Positions 12,117 through 25,108 of a stretch of DNA of 44,832 bases are shown here, piece by piece. The notes beneath the pieces are model-generated. The model was not told where the DNA came from and ran no database searches. It saw only the letters and a list, made by a program, of their open reading frames with translations. Both the position numbers and the translations under genes were made by a program. Where the stretch lies: the NCBI GenBank assembly GCA_000934665.2, contig KZ538182.1:62001-106832 (forward strand), in the 5' to 3' direction. Position 1 is the stretch's first letter; the number at the start of each line of letters is the position of its first letter. This DNA is from Catajapyx aquilonaris (lineage: Eukaryota).

Positions 12117-13287
12117 TATAGGCATGGTATACTATATAAGGTGAAATGATTGTTAACTCCAGCAACGACCATTGGGACGAATCTGCGGACATGAGCTGAA
12201 TGGACAGTTGTGGACAGTTGGATTGGGCAGCAGCATTGTCGTGATTGCTGCAGTGAAGCTATTCCTGTCTCCATTCCCTTGGATTGACCCACCCCGTATA
12301 GATACGGTGGGACAAATACGATGGCGCCGGCGCCAGTGGAAGGGCCAGTCTGGCGCCGGCGCTAGTCATCATCAAGTGCAGGGGAAGGAAGGAAGGGTGG
12401 GTGGGTCACCAAGAGAGGGGTGCGGGTCACTTGATCGGAGGCGACCTGCCTGGCTGCGGACAACCCCTGATTGTTCCCAGTGTCGTTAGAGGGGCGAGGG
12501 GCAGGACCCGGGGCGAATAGCGGCTATAGGAGCAGGCCCCGGGGCGACCACCAGTCAGCAGCACTGGTCACCCAAGTAAGGACCGCATTGATTGGGGTCT
12601 CTTTATAGCGCAATAATAATCGGGGTGGGTTGGGAGGGACACCTCCTGATTGCTCTATATAGGACAGTACACGTCCATTGTCATCCACTGATGGTGACAA
12701 TCGTGTCGAAATATGGGTGGTTTATTTTTTGGGGTGGAAGGTGGAGATATTTGCGACGGAAGAAGAGGGCGGTAGGTAGGGTGGGGGGAGCGGTCGTCGG
12801 ATCGATCGTCGTCGTCCGCCATTATACGATGCTCTCTCTCTGTTGGGTTATGCCCCGTCAGGTGACGTCACGGTCACTACTATTGAACATACGCTGTACT
12901 GTCTACTAACACCCTTACCAACAATTGGAGTAATCTCTTTCATCAGTTTCGTGTACCTAAATCGCTTGGTGACGGGTCTCTTGGGAAATGGGCCACACCT
13001 CTTATCAAAAGGTTTTTGCCTGTAAAGTGCTGGGCGTTAATGGTGTCGTACTGGTGGCGCTAGGCGGCAAAAGAGCGAATCCAAACTTGCCCTCCTTATG
13101 ACTGCCATCATTTGATCATACATAGAGTGAAGGTGGTCATACGGAGGCAACTTTCGATTCGCTCTTTTGCCGCCATTGGCTCGTGACGCCACCAGTACGA
13201 CACCATTAATGTCCGGCAGGATGGACAGTCACGTTGCCAGTTGTCTGAACGTAACATGTTTGTTTTCCTTGTTCCTTTCCGGTATAG

Positions 13288-16200
13288 GGTGAGCGGCAAG
13301 AGCCGCGTAGTAATAGGAGGAGGAGACGTAGATCTGAAGGGTCCGCCCCGGGGTCGGCCGCCCCGGGGTCAGCCCTCGGTGAGAACGGGAAGGACGGCCG
13401 GTCCATGTCACAGAGCTCAAGCGCCAGCTCCTCTGGCCGGTCCACTCCTCACCAGAACCATCGCAGGCAGAATCACATGAGGAACCAGCAGGTGATGGCC
13501 ACTGCTGGCCAACAGTCGCGTCTACCGCAACAGCAACAGCAACAGCAATCGCGCATAGGCACCATCACCACCACCACCAGCAGCGCCACCAGCGCCAATA
13601 GGTTCGGGTTCAGGGGAGGCGCCACTGTGGCCGTCCCAGTGGCCAGGCCTCCGCGAAGAGAGCCCAACAACAACCTCACCACCACGACAACGACCAGCAA
13701 CAACATGGCCGCCCCGAAGAGCGCGCAGGATGCCAACTGCAACAACCTCATCCAACAGCAGCAGCAGCAGCAGCAACAACAACAACAAGCGGTGGTGATG
13801 ACGAACGGGAGCAACCACCAGCCAACTCATCTAGTCAGAACTTCCATACCAAAGCCACAGAGTCACGTGTCACAAATACAGCAGCAGCTGATGATGCATC
13901 AGCAGCAGCAACACACGAGGCTGCCTCGACGCCCTCCGTCGCGGCTGCAGTCGTCGGCGGTGGTTGTGGTGGCCACCGCGGAGGTCCTCCCTGCCCCCAT
14001 CAAGCCAGCACAGATGGCCAAGCACCACATCATGGCACCTACCCCGGCACCATCGTCCTACATTCCTCCTCCAATAACCACAGATCGACCCCAGCAACCC
14101 CAGCAGCAACCAAGGAGCAGCATGATGATCCCTCCTCCACAGGCGTCGACCAAGTGGGCCAAGATGGCCACGAACCAGCAGATAGCCAGGCAGGAGATGG
14201 CCAGCATGATGATGGACAGCAACAGACAGCACGAGGAGGAAGTGGCCAGGTACAATAAGAAGCCAGTAGTTGTCCATCAGCAGCAGGAGGTGGTGGCGCC
14301 AGAACAACCAGCAGCACCGGAGCCTCCAAAGCCAGCAACGACAGATGACGGTTCCAGCAGCAAAGGGACGTCGACGACGACGACGCGCTCTCGACTCCCT
14401 CAGATGAGCTTCCTGTCCAGGCCAACCAGGCTGCCCAGAGTGGGAGCCACGGCCATGGTGACGGCCAAGAGCAGCAGACGCGACGCCGACGCCCAGACGG
14501 ACGTTCAGGCGGAAGAGGCGCCGGCGTCCACCGACGTCGGCTCCAGCACCACCGACGTGATGACCGAATCTGCTGGGGACGTCGAGGAGTGTGGGAAGGA
14601 GGACGTCGGTTGCGGAGGGGACGCCGCTGAGGAGTGGGCAGGCTGGAAGGCCTCCAGAGGCGCCCTGGAGAAGAGCGAGCTGGAGGACACCCTGGAGACG
14701 GCCAGGAAGGAGGCTGCCCTGCTCGCCATCGCCAGGAGGCAGGTCCAGCAGCTCAGGAACAGCCTACGTACGTATACACAACATGTGTAGTCATGTCTAT
14801 ACAGTGTGTGTGTGTTGTCGCATGTTCCCGGATGCGCACTTCTTTTGAACATCGCACGCACTGATTGGTACTACCACCAAAAATGCATGGTTGCGTGTCA
14901 CTGCTCACTCGCTGGGGGAGGCTCTTTGGTCAATCACTACTGTAGTGTCCCATGACTCTCTCGGGGCCGATCAGAAGGTGGATCCACTGGCGTTTTTGGA
15001 GGCCTGCGGTTGGGCCTGTTCAAATCCAAAGTTTGGAGAGATTTATGGTCTGCCCCAATATTGATCGCCGGCCCAATGTAGCCCGCCTCCCCCAAAAACC
15101 CACCCATTGTGTGAGGGGAGCTGGGAGAGAATCTATCACACGCGAACCTCCTCTTGGAGTGCATATATAGGCGACGCTTTTTGGGGGAGGGAGGGGGACA
15201 CATGCCTTTTTGGCTATACATATATGTGCCACTAATGTGGGAAACGTGGGGAAGGGGCTTCAGCAGGGACCATTTCCAGTGGGATCAAGGTTGGGTTGGC
15301 GCTTCCACTGCAGGGGGGGGNNNNNNNNNNNNNNCCTCCATTTTTGATCCAGATCATGCTAATGCAGGGTAGGAAGTAAATCTCTTAACGGTTTAGGACT
15401 TTAGGTGGAGGTGGCCAGTGAAAGTTTTGGCACATGGTGATTGGCCATAGTTTGCATGCAACACGGGCCAAATGAGATCCTAGCCTACATTTTGAAACCC
15501 CACGTAAAAAAAATCAGCCTTATATTTAAATTAATTTTGATGTCCTTTGTTTGGAGAAAAACGTATTAGTTGATCTAATGTCACATTTATTATACGGTGT
15601 TGCCCCGCCTCCTGACGTCACTGTGGCTAAACAGATCGGTGCAGAGGCAGGAACGTGCCCGGGCTGCTTTGGTCCTTCGTTTGCTTTGTTGGCGACCCCT
15701 ATACCAACGAAATCGAACGACCGCCAGTAATAATAAAGCTGCGTTTACATGTGAGCGTTTTGATGAGCGATGAATCCAATAATTGTTCGGGGCGAAAGTA
15801 ACAATCGATTTTCGCCCCAAACAATTGGATTCATCGTTGATCAAATCGCTGACATGTAAGCAGGTGCACCTGTACGTCACAGTCGTAGTAACTATCATCA
15901 GGCAGGAGTGTGAATGCGCCCTTTAGGCCACGCCCTCTATTTCCGCGCCAATTTGAAAGGAACTTTTTTAAACCCTCGGAAATTCATTGAGGAATAATGA
16001 CATTTTGGTGGAATGCGTGTTTATGTAGGTGTATGGTTGTGGACATATAAATTCCCCAAATCCCAGATCATCAAGGCTATAGGACCCCCCCCCCCCCCAT
16101 TATATATTGTCGGGAGGGCCCGAAGAAGGCGTTGACCGTTGTTTTGTCTCTTGGTGCACAGCAGAGGAAGATGAAGATGAAGGAAGGGACGATGAGGTGG

Positions 16201-19112
16201 AAGAGGAGGAAGAACAGGATGAGTCCGATCGGGACTCGTATCTGGACGTGTCAGAGGGCATCCTGGAGGAGACGTTCCCGTCTGGACTGGACGAGCTCAG
16301 CTCTGAGCAGAACAGCGAAGGAAACAACAATAACAACAACAACAACAACCGGACCAGCAAGAGTAGGTCCCAGCAGCAGAGCAAGCACCAGGCCAGCCCC
16401 CAGCATGAGCAGGCAGCCCCTCCGCCTCCACCGTCGCCCACCAACAGGGAGCAGTCGACGTCGCCTCTGCCTCTCCATCCGACGACCATGGAGGCGTCCA
16501 CGACTCCTCCCCAGTCGACGTCGCCCGATTCGGACAGCAGCGAGCAGCAGGACTTCCTGATCGACGACGAGATCGCGGACCAGCCCGGGTTGACCCTGTT
16601 GGCCGTGGGTTGCCATCAGGGTGGGGACGACGACGGGGATGGGGACGGGGTGGTCGACGACGAGGACCCGACAGAGCACCACCACCACCACCACCACATG
16701 CAGCAGCACCAACTCCGGCACCACCTGCACCATCACCACTTTTACCATCAGCACCAACCACTGTCGCCGCTCGTCATTCCAGCAGGGATGAGCCCAAGGC
16801 TGCTCAGGAGGAGGAGGAACAGCGACGCTGACAGTGTCGGGACGCTGTCCAACTGCGACAGTCTTCCCTCGGAGCTGATGAACGACGGCAATGGCAGGGA
16901 GGCTGCCCCGGAGCAGATGGACCCGGAGGAAAGGGAGGCTGCGGCGGCGGCTGTGCTGCAGATGGTCAAGTGCCAGCAGCAGAGGGAGGCAGTCGCCAGT
17001 AGAAAGCAGCATCCGGAAGACGACGTCGACGGGGACGACGAAGAGGAGGAGGAGGAAGCAGTAGCGGCGCCTGAGTCGCCCGACTCTGCCCGTGGAGCCT
17101 CCCCTTCCCCGTCACCCCCTGCCAGCTCCGTGGCCTCCTCGCCCCGGGACCCACCCCCAGCGTCTTCCCTGTCGCCCAGGCAGCTCTCATCGCCATCATC
17201 CTCGTCGTTCCCTCCTCGACGATGGGCACAGCTGCTGGCACCTTCCATGCCCTCTGCCACCATCACGTGAGTATTATCACTCTTTGTCATTAACCTGCTT
17301 TGCATTTGGACTCACCACGACCTTTCCAGGAGTCTGGACAATGACGAGGAGGACATAACCGACCTGATGCTGACCTGCACGTCCAAGGAGGCAATGGCCA
17401 GCCACCTGGAGGACACCATGGAGGAGGAACCAGACCAGGTGGATGGGAAGCTGCCAGCCGTACATGATGACTGCCTGGTGGAAGAGGATGAGGTGGAGAT
17501 GGAGGATGACTTGGAAGTGGAGGACCTGGAGCAGAGGAGCTTGCAGGAGGAGCTGGGGGAGGATCTGGCCCACATCAAGACGCAGATGGTCCACCTCAGG
17601 CAACTACTCAAAGGGGTGAGTCACACTGAGGGTCACTCTGACCTCTGTGCCACTATTGTTATGGAACCTGGATAAGAAACGTGTACATTCGCATGCTTCT
17701 GGCAATTAATTGAAGCCTGTTCAGCACAGGAAATATTTGCAGAATTGAATGACGTCACTGGTTTTACTGTATAACAAGAACGTCGAATTTGACCCTTGCC
17801 ATGAGCAGGTATGATGCGTACTTTTAACGAGGATTCGACGCCTTGTGACAGGAACAAAGGCACAAAGGTGTATCTTGTTTGCCCAGCCATATGCTGGTCC
17901 TTGCATACTTGGGCAGTGTATCCCGTGAAACTAATAACAGCGAATTACTCACACTTGCAACATGTGATATGGTGTAAATGAGTGATAAGGTATCCCGGAA
18001 CTTGATAGCACCTAGCTTTACTACCGATTGTGCGAAAGAGTAATTTAGACAAAGAAAGCAAGGACAATATTGTACAGCGAAGAGGAAATGGCTTGCACAT
18101 GACATCATGTGTTTGTATCAAAATTGTATGAAATTTGAAGTTCTCATATAATGTTGTATAATATTGTCACTTTTATTAGGCCGATACTCTGAATCCATTT
18201 GAGAAGCGCAGTGCTTCTGAGGCTGACTGCCGAGGTGCTGGTGTTGGTTGTGCGTCGTCCCGAGGTGGAGGCATGTACTGGCGGTTGGCAGCCTCTTCGG
18301 ATGCCCTGGCCTCTTGGATGGAAGGGAGGGGGAAGGAAGAGGAGGAGCTGTCGGAGGAGGACCAGGTGGCGGACCTGCGTCGGCAGCTGGTCCTGCTGAA
18401 GGAGCTGGCTGACGAGAAGGACCGGACAGTCAAGGCGCTCAAGGCCAAACTGGAGAAGCAGGATGTCATTCCCAGCAATACAGCGCCGCCGTCTGGAACG
18501 GTGGCTGCCTGCGTCCAACGAAATGCAGCCACCCAGACGGACAGAGTCAGGCAGCTCACGTGGGCAGCAGGGGAGTCTTCCAGTCCTTCAAGGCTGCTTA
18601 TGACTGATGCTTCGGTTGCAGGGGACTCGTCCCAGTGCCAGACATTGCCAAAGAATGAGCCAAACCCGGTGGCAGATGTGGAGCCAGCTGGCACCAGGTG
18701 CGTTGATTAGTGGCGTCCGTTTGCATTGTCGTGGTGACCACCTCCGCCCTCCTCTCCCCCCACCTCTCCTCCTGCCCACCATTTTACGCCACAGCAGTAA
18801 GGAGACAAGAGGGCAGCCGCCTCCTCCTCACCAGAAGCCCCCGGTATCCCTCGACATGGCACTGACTCTGGCACTGGTTGTGGGCCTGGCTCTCCTTCCA
18901 GCTCTCATGGTCCGCACTCAATTTATGGGCCTCTCTAGTCACTCAAATTTTACCTCCCTTGCCAATAAGCGTCCCTTGCTGATGTTTTGTCCTCTCTCGT
19001 TGTGTCTCTGCAGTTAGTTTCGCCCTGGGCCTGCCCTCCCTGTGCCCCCTCCACCGGCGGAGGTGGCGGCGACGGGGGAACCAGGAGCGTGGACTCCACT
19101 CCACCTGCTTGA
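13288..19112 (+). CDS. CCSER1/2 (FAM190)-like serine-rich coiled-coil protein. Exons 13288-14767, 16162-17266, 17330-17615, 18180-18697, 18795-18843, 19014-19112; upstream exon(s), e.g. 12481-12575, uncertain
   Basis: Junctions are phase-consistent (3537 nt) and AATAAA lies at 19120 just after the TGA. C-terminal blocks DLAHIKTQMVHLRQLLKG|ADTLNPF, VADLRRQLVLLKELADEKDRTVKALK and NAATQT match the CCSER coiled-coil/TQT architecture; DFLIDDEIADQPGL is an isolated non-low-complexity island. Confidence 0.72.
15321..15334. other. Assembly gap (14 N) inside an intron of the CCSER-like gene
   Basis: Run of n characters after poly-G. Confidence 0.99.
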
Positions 19113-22100
19113 GAGGCAGAATAAAAGTGACACAAGGAGTAGAAGCAAAGGAATACGAGTATTTGTTGGGTTCTTCACTACACGGCCCCTACCCGACCTC
19201 TCCATGATCTTGCTGATGATTTTAGGCTGCTACGAAGCTGCTTACTGCGCGCTACTACTATTCTTCCCCATCCGGCCCCCATCCATCCCCTCGGACCCCC
19301 ACCCTCATCAATAAGAAGTCATTCTACTCCTTGTTCTCTCAGATGGAGAGTATTATTATTATTGTAGTCAACACTCTTGCTCCCCATAACCCCCCTTCCC
19401 TCGTCATTCTTGCCTCCCTATACCACAATATTTATTGAATAAATTAATGTAATATTGAGCCAGGTGTCATTTTTGCCACACCAGTGTTGCATTGTCGTCC
19501 AACAACGGAGTGAAAGAAGAACACCATGTGGTAACTGCCAAGAACCAATGGAGATTCTGCAACCATAGGAATGCACAGTTACGCAACATTTGATTTGCAC
19601 GCCTTCCCGTCCATTTTCACCTCTAAAGCTCCTGCTTTTTCCTCTCAATGTCATGGCCTTAGCTGACATATTACCCTGTGTTATCCTGTAAAGTGTAAAG
19701 CCTGTGCTGACAATGGAATGTGCTGTCCAGCACAGCACATTCACATAGAGCGGAGATGCGCTCTAGTGCTTGTCCACTTGTCCAGTCCTAATAATGAACA
19801 AGGACTTGCGCTGATGGTTCCCATTTCTTGTTATTTTTTCTAATATTTTTTTCTCTGTCTGGTCATATTTTTGTGGCTGTAGTTTCTGGCTAAATTTATT
19901 GCCCGCTGAGGACTTGCCGCCTTGTTGCATACTAATTGCTCCATGTTTACAAAGGACCGGGATTAACGCAATCGCATTTTTATGGAGGAATAATCACCGC
20001 GATTAATCCTCAGGGACATGGCCAGTTCATGCCGGAACAAAAAAATCAAATGAGAGGCCACGTGCAACGATGCACGTTCTGTGGCATGTGTACCACACAA
20101 TAAAGGAACTTGTCTGGCCTGAAAATAAGACTTCCCCAACAGTGCACCATCATTTTTACTCCCCCAAATATTATTAGTTTTAAGAAAGGGATTGTTCGCT
20201 CTGGAAATCATAAAGCAGCAACCCCTGGGACTCTTTCGTGCAAGAAAGTGTCCTCCTCGTCCGGGGGATGATTATGATGCGGCCACATTTTGTTGGGCAA
20301 TCAGAGTGTCATTCCTCTCATCCAATTATCATCCCCTGTTCATGCAGCCAGCATCTTCCCTTATTCCTAAGTGAAGATATCTTACTATACATTCCCCAGC
20401 AAGTACGTAAGTGCATTCCACTGTTGGAATGTTTTGTAGATATCGTAATAATTGTGCCGGAGGGCAACTCCTTTTCCCATGCCATTTTCCCCTCCCTGAT
20501 TTTATTATGTCGAAACGTTGCGTTTGTTTCTGGCACATATCGGCTGGCAGCCTGCCAGCACAATGTGTGTTGGTTGCTGCTCCAGGGGCACCCGATGATG
20601 CCCAGCTCACAGTGCATCACCGTGACGGACAACATAAATGATGTATGGATATAATATGACACAGGTGGTGAAGCCTTGGATATGACACCTTGGATGTTCC
20701 TAGTATTGTCTGGTGTAAAGTGGGTGCTACCAAGGGCACCCCCCTCTCCATCCACCACGTATATTATATCGTGGATGGATGGATGGAATCGGGGGGGGGA
20801 GGTAGTAAGCCTTTCGTCCAATGACGTCCCTCCGATATCTCCAGCCTCCCTCGGCCTTCCGCGGATGGACCACCAGCATCACCTCCTATAAAAGTGAGAG
20901 GCACGCCGCCCTGTCTCCACACAGTCCTTTTCGGCAGCCCCTTGTCATCATCATTGTCGACTGGAGAGGGACACGCACCAAATACCATCAGGTACAGTAT
21001 ACTGTACGTCAAGGCGGGACACTTCATGGGACGGGGGCTGCTGTGCTCGTGCCACCTACAAGTACTTAGACCTAATAATAATCCGGCACCGACCAATTGA
21101 GAGACAAAATGTGGTTGTCATCTCCGTGCGTGCGTCACGAGCAATGTCCGCCTTGCGTAATGCTGCATTTGAAGCAATAAGCCGGGTCATTGCAATCACT
21201 TATTGAGGGTTAATCTGCTGCGGGACACCAGCAGCAGACACATCCAGAAGCAATGTTTGTGGCGATGTATATATGTCCCGTGGGCTGGCCACCAGCTGGT
21301 TGGTGAATTATTGTGGACATGAAAAATGATAGGTGCTGATCTTATTGGGTCGGCACAACAATGCGAATGTAGTGGGCCGGGGCCGGATCGGGTTCGGTTT
21401 CAGCGCCACTTTCCGTATACGACTGATTGTCCACATGAACACGAAGGTGTGATAAGTGAGAGCGACTGAAAATAGATTCATAATAGCCCTTTCATGCATG
21501 CAAACACGCAGTTTCTGAGTGATAATCAGGCACAATAATTGCTGACGAATCGAGCCAATTTTGAGAAGAGCATACGAAGATGGCGATAAATGTGCGCACC
21601 TATATATTTGCTTATAAAGTATACCGCTCGATAGGAGCTGGTCGAATTGCAGTCGGTACACCACTGGGTAAATAGCCTCTCGAAGGGGATGCTCAGACGA
21701 GAAAGTGAGAGTATGCAAATGAAGTGTGTCGATGTAACCAGCAGCTTCTCTCAAGGTCCCCTCAACACTACGGGCGAGTTTCTCAATCGCGACACGCTTT
21801 TTTTAAAAAAAAAATCTAATTTAATTTATTAACCTGTAAGGAGACACTGAGTAATTGACTTATCGTGACAGGTTCTTTTTTTTTCTTCAATTAATTTCAT
21901 TTCATTTTTTTTGTAAGGAGGCATTGAACAATTGACTTTGGATGGACGTCCTCATATACCTTTGCTTACGTAACAAATCGACTCCTTAGAACAAACTGCG
22001 CTTGTTTCCATTCCGGGAAGAGCCTCAATAACACACACAAAAAATGTGATGAGAAAAAAAAAAGATGAGGTGAAGGTCGCGGGAATGGTGAGGTGGGAAT

Positions 22101-22898
22101 ACATCTATTGAAAGGACGTCACAGTAATGAGTGTCCTCCGGTGATGAGAATGTAAAAAAAAAAGAAGAAAGAAAATATTGTTGAGGAGGAAAAGAGTGCT
22201 AGTAGCCGAAGGGCATGCTGCTGTGAAAGGGGGTCGCCCCGGGGCACAGGAAGAAAAACAATTGGGCGTAAAAAAGAGAGGGGCCCCTGTGCCAGTGAGT
22301 AGGAAGTGGGAATAAGCTACGGTTGAGTCACCTTCAATCACTGCTGGCCAATGATGATGGGTGATTATTGTGCAAGACCCGCGCATTATGCAGACAAATC
22401 AGGGAGGGGCATACTTGGCTGGCACATATACGCAGCGTGACCCATTTCACAACAATAATGAGCCCCACACATCCGCGTGGCCACTGTGGACAACAATGAG
22501 TGAAGAATAGGGCGTGATCATTTCCCACAGTCCCACACCCCTATATATGCAGCTGCAGTGGATTATTTTGTGTGTTGACAACCACACAGCATACTAGGGT
22601 CCCAAACAAACAACAATCAGATGAGTGAGCGACCTCGCGTGCTTGGCTTGCAACGGGGGTTGCTGGGGTGAACAATTTCGAAAACTGTTCGTCCCGCTTC
22701 CGGGGGGGACTGACTGATCACTGACCGGAGGGGCAGCAATGTGCTCGGTTCATTGTTGCTTGACAATATAAATAATGACGAGAGGAATGGTGCGTGTGGA
22801 AGGGATCGCCCCAGGGTTGCAGTTATACAACAACAACAGAGGCCACTCCGTGCTATTATTGGCATCCTTTACATATTATTGTCGCATAAAAACGGGAC

Positions 22899-22952
22899 TA
22901 TAAATTGGTCGTTACAGCATTGTTGACATACTTTTGTGACCCCCATTGTGAG
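22899..22952 (+). promoter_or_regulatory. Putative TATA box and short non-coding first exon of the GPx gene
   Basis: TATAAA at 22899-22904, donor gag|gtcagt at 22953, acceptor ttcagttgcag| at 23490 just upstream of ATG 23513. Confidence 0.4.
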
Positions 22953-23131
22953 GTCAGTCTGTGCTATTCTGAGCTGGGGCATTGTACTAACTGTAATGAG
23001 CCTCATAATGAATGATCACGTCACAATGAGCAACAAATTTGTAATTATACGGTATATTATTGTAGACACAACAATTAATAAGTGATTTCAATGTCATATA
23101 CTGCATGTTCCCAGACCGATTGCATTGTACA

Positions 23132-23245
23132 CAGGGTGACCCTATAAAGTCTGGACACATGGGTAATAATATTGTATTGTTGCCAACCAACAATGTGACA
23201 TTATTACCTGTGGCTGCGGTGTTCCTGGACTTTTGGGTCACCCTG
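23132..23245. mobile_element. Small Tc1/mariner-type MITE with CAGGGTG termini
   Basis: cagggtgaccctataaagtctggacac ... gtgttcctggacttttgggtcaccctg|ta. TIRs are imperfect and the left TA is not intact. Confidence 0.7.
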
Positions 23246-23512
23246 TAGTTGGTTGTATAATGAGGAAGGGGGTCAGAGGCCAAGCCTCTTACAACAATCG
23301 CCTTATGATGACCACCTGCATATATGTGTCAATGCAGTTGCCCAATAAGGAATAAAGTGACAACATTGGGGGCTATATCTTGGGTGTTGTGAGACATTGC
23401 CCCAGTTAATACCGCATTGTTGTTGTTTACGACTTTCTTATTGCAAGGCAAGTATAGCAAACAAGTGGTTGGCAAATTGTTCAGTTGCAGCCCGGTGGGT
23501 GCTTCGGAGAAG

Positions 23513-24232
23513 ATGAGGGGAACGGCTGCTGCCAGCAGCCTCCTGGCGGCCCTGCTGCTGGGCACTGCCTCTGCGGCCACCCCTGACCGCCTGGCATCCC
23601 GGCCCTGCTTCCACAACCTGTCCTTGGGTGGGAGCGTGTACGACTTTGAGGAGCAGGACCTGGACGGGAAGGAGAACGTCACCCTCTCCGCATACCAAGG
23701 GAAGGTCCTCCTGGTGGTCAACGTGGCCACCTACTGAGGGTACACCTTCCAGTACCAAGACATGAACGCACTACAAGAGCAGTACAAGGACTTCCACGTG
23801 CTGGCCTTCCCCTGCAACCAATTCGGACTGGTACGCATCGCCATCCGCTTCTACAGTGCTGAAAACTAACATGTGTCATTATTGCAGCAAGAGCCTGGGG
23901 CAAATGCAGACGAGATCCGCAATGGGATCAGTCACGTCCGGCCTGGCAACGGGTTCAAGCCCAACTTCACCTTATTCCGCAAGGTGGACGTCAACGGGGA
24001 GAAGGAACACCCCCTGTTCGCATACCTGAAGGCGTACTGTCCGCCAACCAGGGATGGGTTCTCCAAGAAGGCAGGGCTGTACTACGAGCCACTGTCCTCC
24101 AACGACATCCGGTGGAACTGGGAGAAGTTCCTGATCACCAAAAAGGGTAAGCCGTACGCCCGGTACGATGGGTCCACCAAGCCCATGGAGATCAAGAAAG
24201 ACATCGAGACCCTACTCAACAATGACATCTAA
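23513..24232 (+). CDS. GPx: Selenocysteine-containing glutathione peroxidase (secreted, GPx3-like). Exons 23513-23830 and 23888-24232; TGA 23735-23737 = Sec; 220 aa
   Basis: Signal-peptide-like N-terminus, GKVLLVVNVATY-U-G, LAFPCNQFGL|QEPG, VRPGNGF, KVDVNG, DIRWNWEKFLI. The frame stays open after the TGA, the 57-nt phase-0 intron is GT-AG, and a SECIS lies in the 3' UTR. Confidence 0.95.
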
Positions 24233-24294
24233 TCTGTACCTATCCCGTATACGGCACTAGACAGGGTGGGTGGTATTGTCGGGAGGGATGGGAG

Positions 24295-24357
24295 CCAAAG
24301 GATGAAGACCTGGCCGGAAACCAAGTCAAAAATGGTGGGCCAGGTTGGAAAATTTGG
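24295..24357 (+). promoter_or_regulatory. SECIS element (type II) in the GPx 3' UTR
   Basis: CCAAA-GG-ATGAA-GACCTGGCC-GG-AAA-CCA-agtcaaaaa-TGG-TG-GGCCAGGTT-GGAA-AA-TTTGG: helix I, AUGA/GA core, 9-bp helix II, unpaired AAA 11 nt above the core, apical mini-helix. Confidence 0.9.
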
Positions 24358-24469
24358 GGGTAATCCTCTGGGCGGCAGTCTTGTGCGTTCATCTGTTGCC
24401 CAGCGGCAGCCCCCCGAGGCTCACCTCTCGACAATACCCTTCGTCCTGCCTGTGCAATGCATGTACTTT

Positions 24470-24475
24470 AATAAA
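24470..24475 (+). terminator. Polyadenylation signal of GPx
   Basis: AATAAA ~110 nt downstream of the SECIS. Confidence 0.65.
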
Positions 24476-25108
24476 AGCTGATCAAGTGAACCTACTGTTA
24501 GCACCAAACTGCCCAGTGAAACAACAGGTTTCTTCACCTCCCAATTGAAATACCCACGAACGAGTGGTAAAAGTGTCACTAGCCAAGTACGGAAATAGCT
24601 CTAGTCCTTTCAGGAAGGGAAAACATTGTTGGGGCCAAAAATGTGGTATAATGACAGCCATTTTCCAGAGTACGACAACCTTTTTATTGGGCTCCCGCAA
24701 AAAGCACACTTTTTGGAGTTTGAAAGAGTAAGGTGGTGTACAACATGTGCTCTGATTTCAATTTTTTTCTTTTTCCTTTTTTCTTTTTTTCTTTTCAATT
24801 GCTTCAGGGAAGGGTAATGAGAGTTATGTACTGAATATCAATACAACTGCTCCAAACATCAGGAGGGAGTTGAACAAAGTGTAGCAAACATCCGGTAAGA
24901 AAAATAATGGAATGGATCCACAGAAGAAAAACAATAAATGAGCAACAGTTACCGCTAAAAGGAAAAAAACATCAGTGTGCCAACAAACGGCGCTCTGGCC
25001 GTTCTACTGAAAAGAGCAGCAAAACATGGAATGGCAGGAACTAAAAGGAACGTTAACAGGAGAGGATACAGGGTGGTAGGGGGAGCCTGGCGGGGTGGAT
25101 GAGCCACC

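Noticed and set aside
13473..17305. Long antisense and alternate-frame ORFs (poly-C, poly-L, poly-V peptides)
   Set aside because: Shadows of GC-rich, CAG-repeat coding exons on the plus strand.
19400..22500. Short ORFs in the intergenic region before GPx
   Set aside because: No recognisable domains, codon bias or consistent splice structure.
22621..22630. ARE-like TGAGnnnGC upstream of GPx
   Set aside because: Too short and degenerate to distinguish from chance.
23735..23737. Premature stop suggesting a GPx pseudogene
   Set aside because: The TGA sits at the catalytic position, the rest of the frame is intact and a SECIS is present, so it is Sec.
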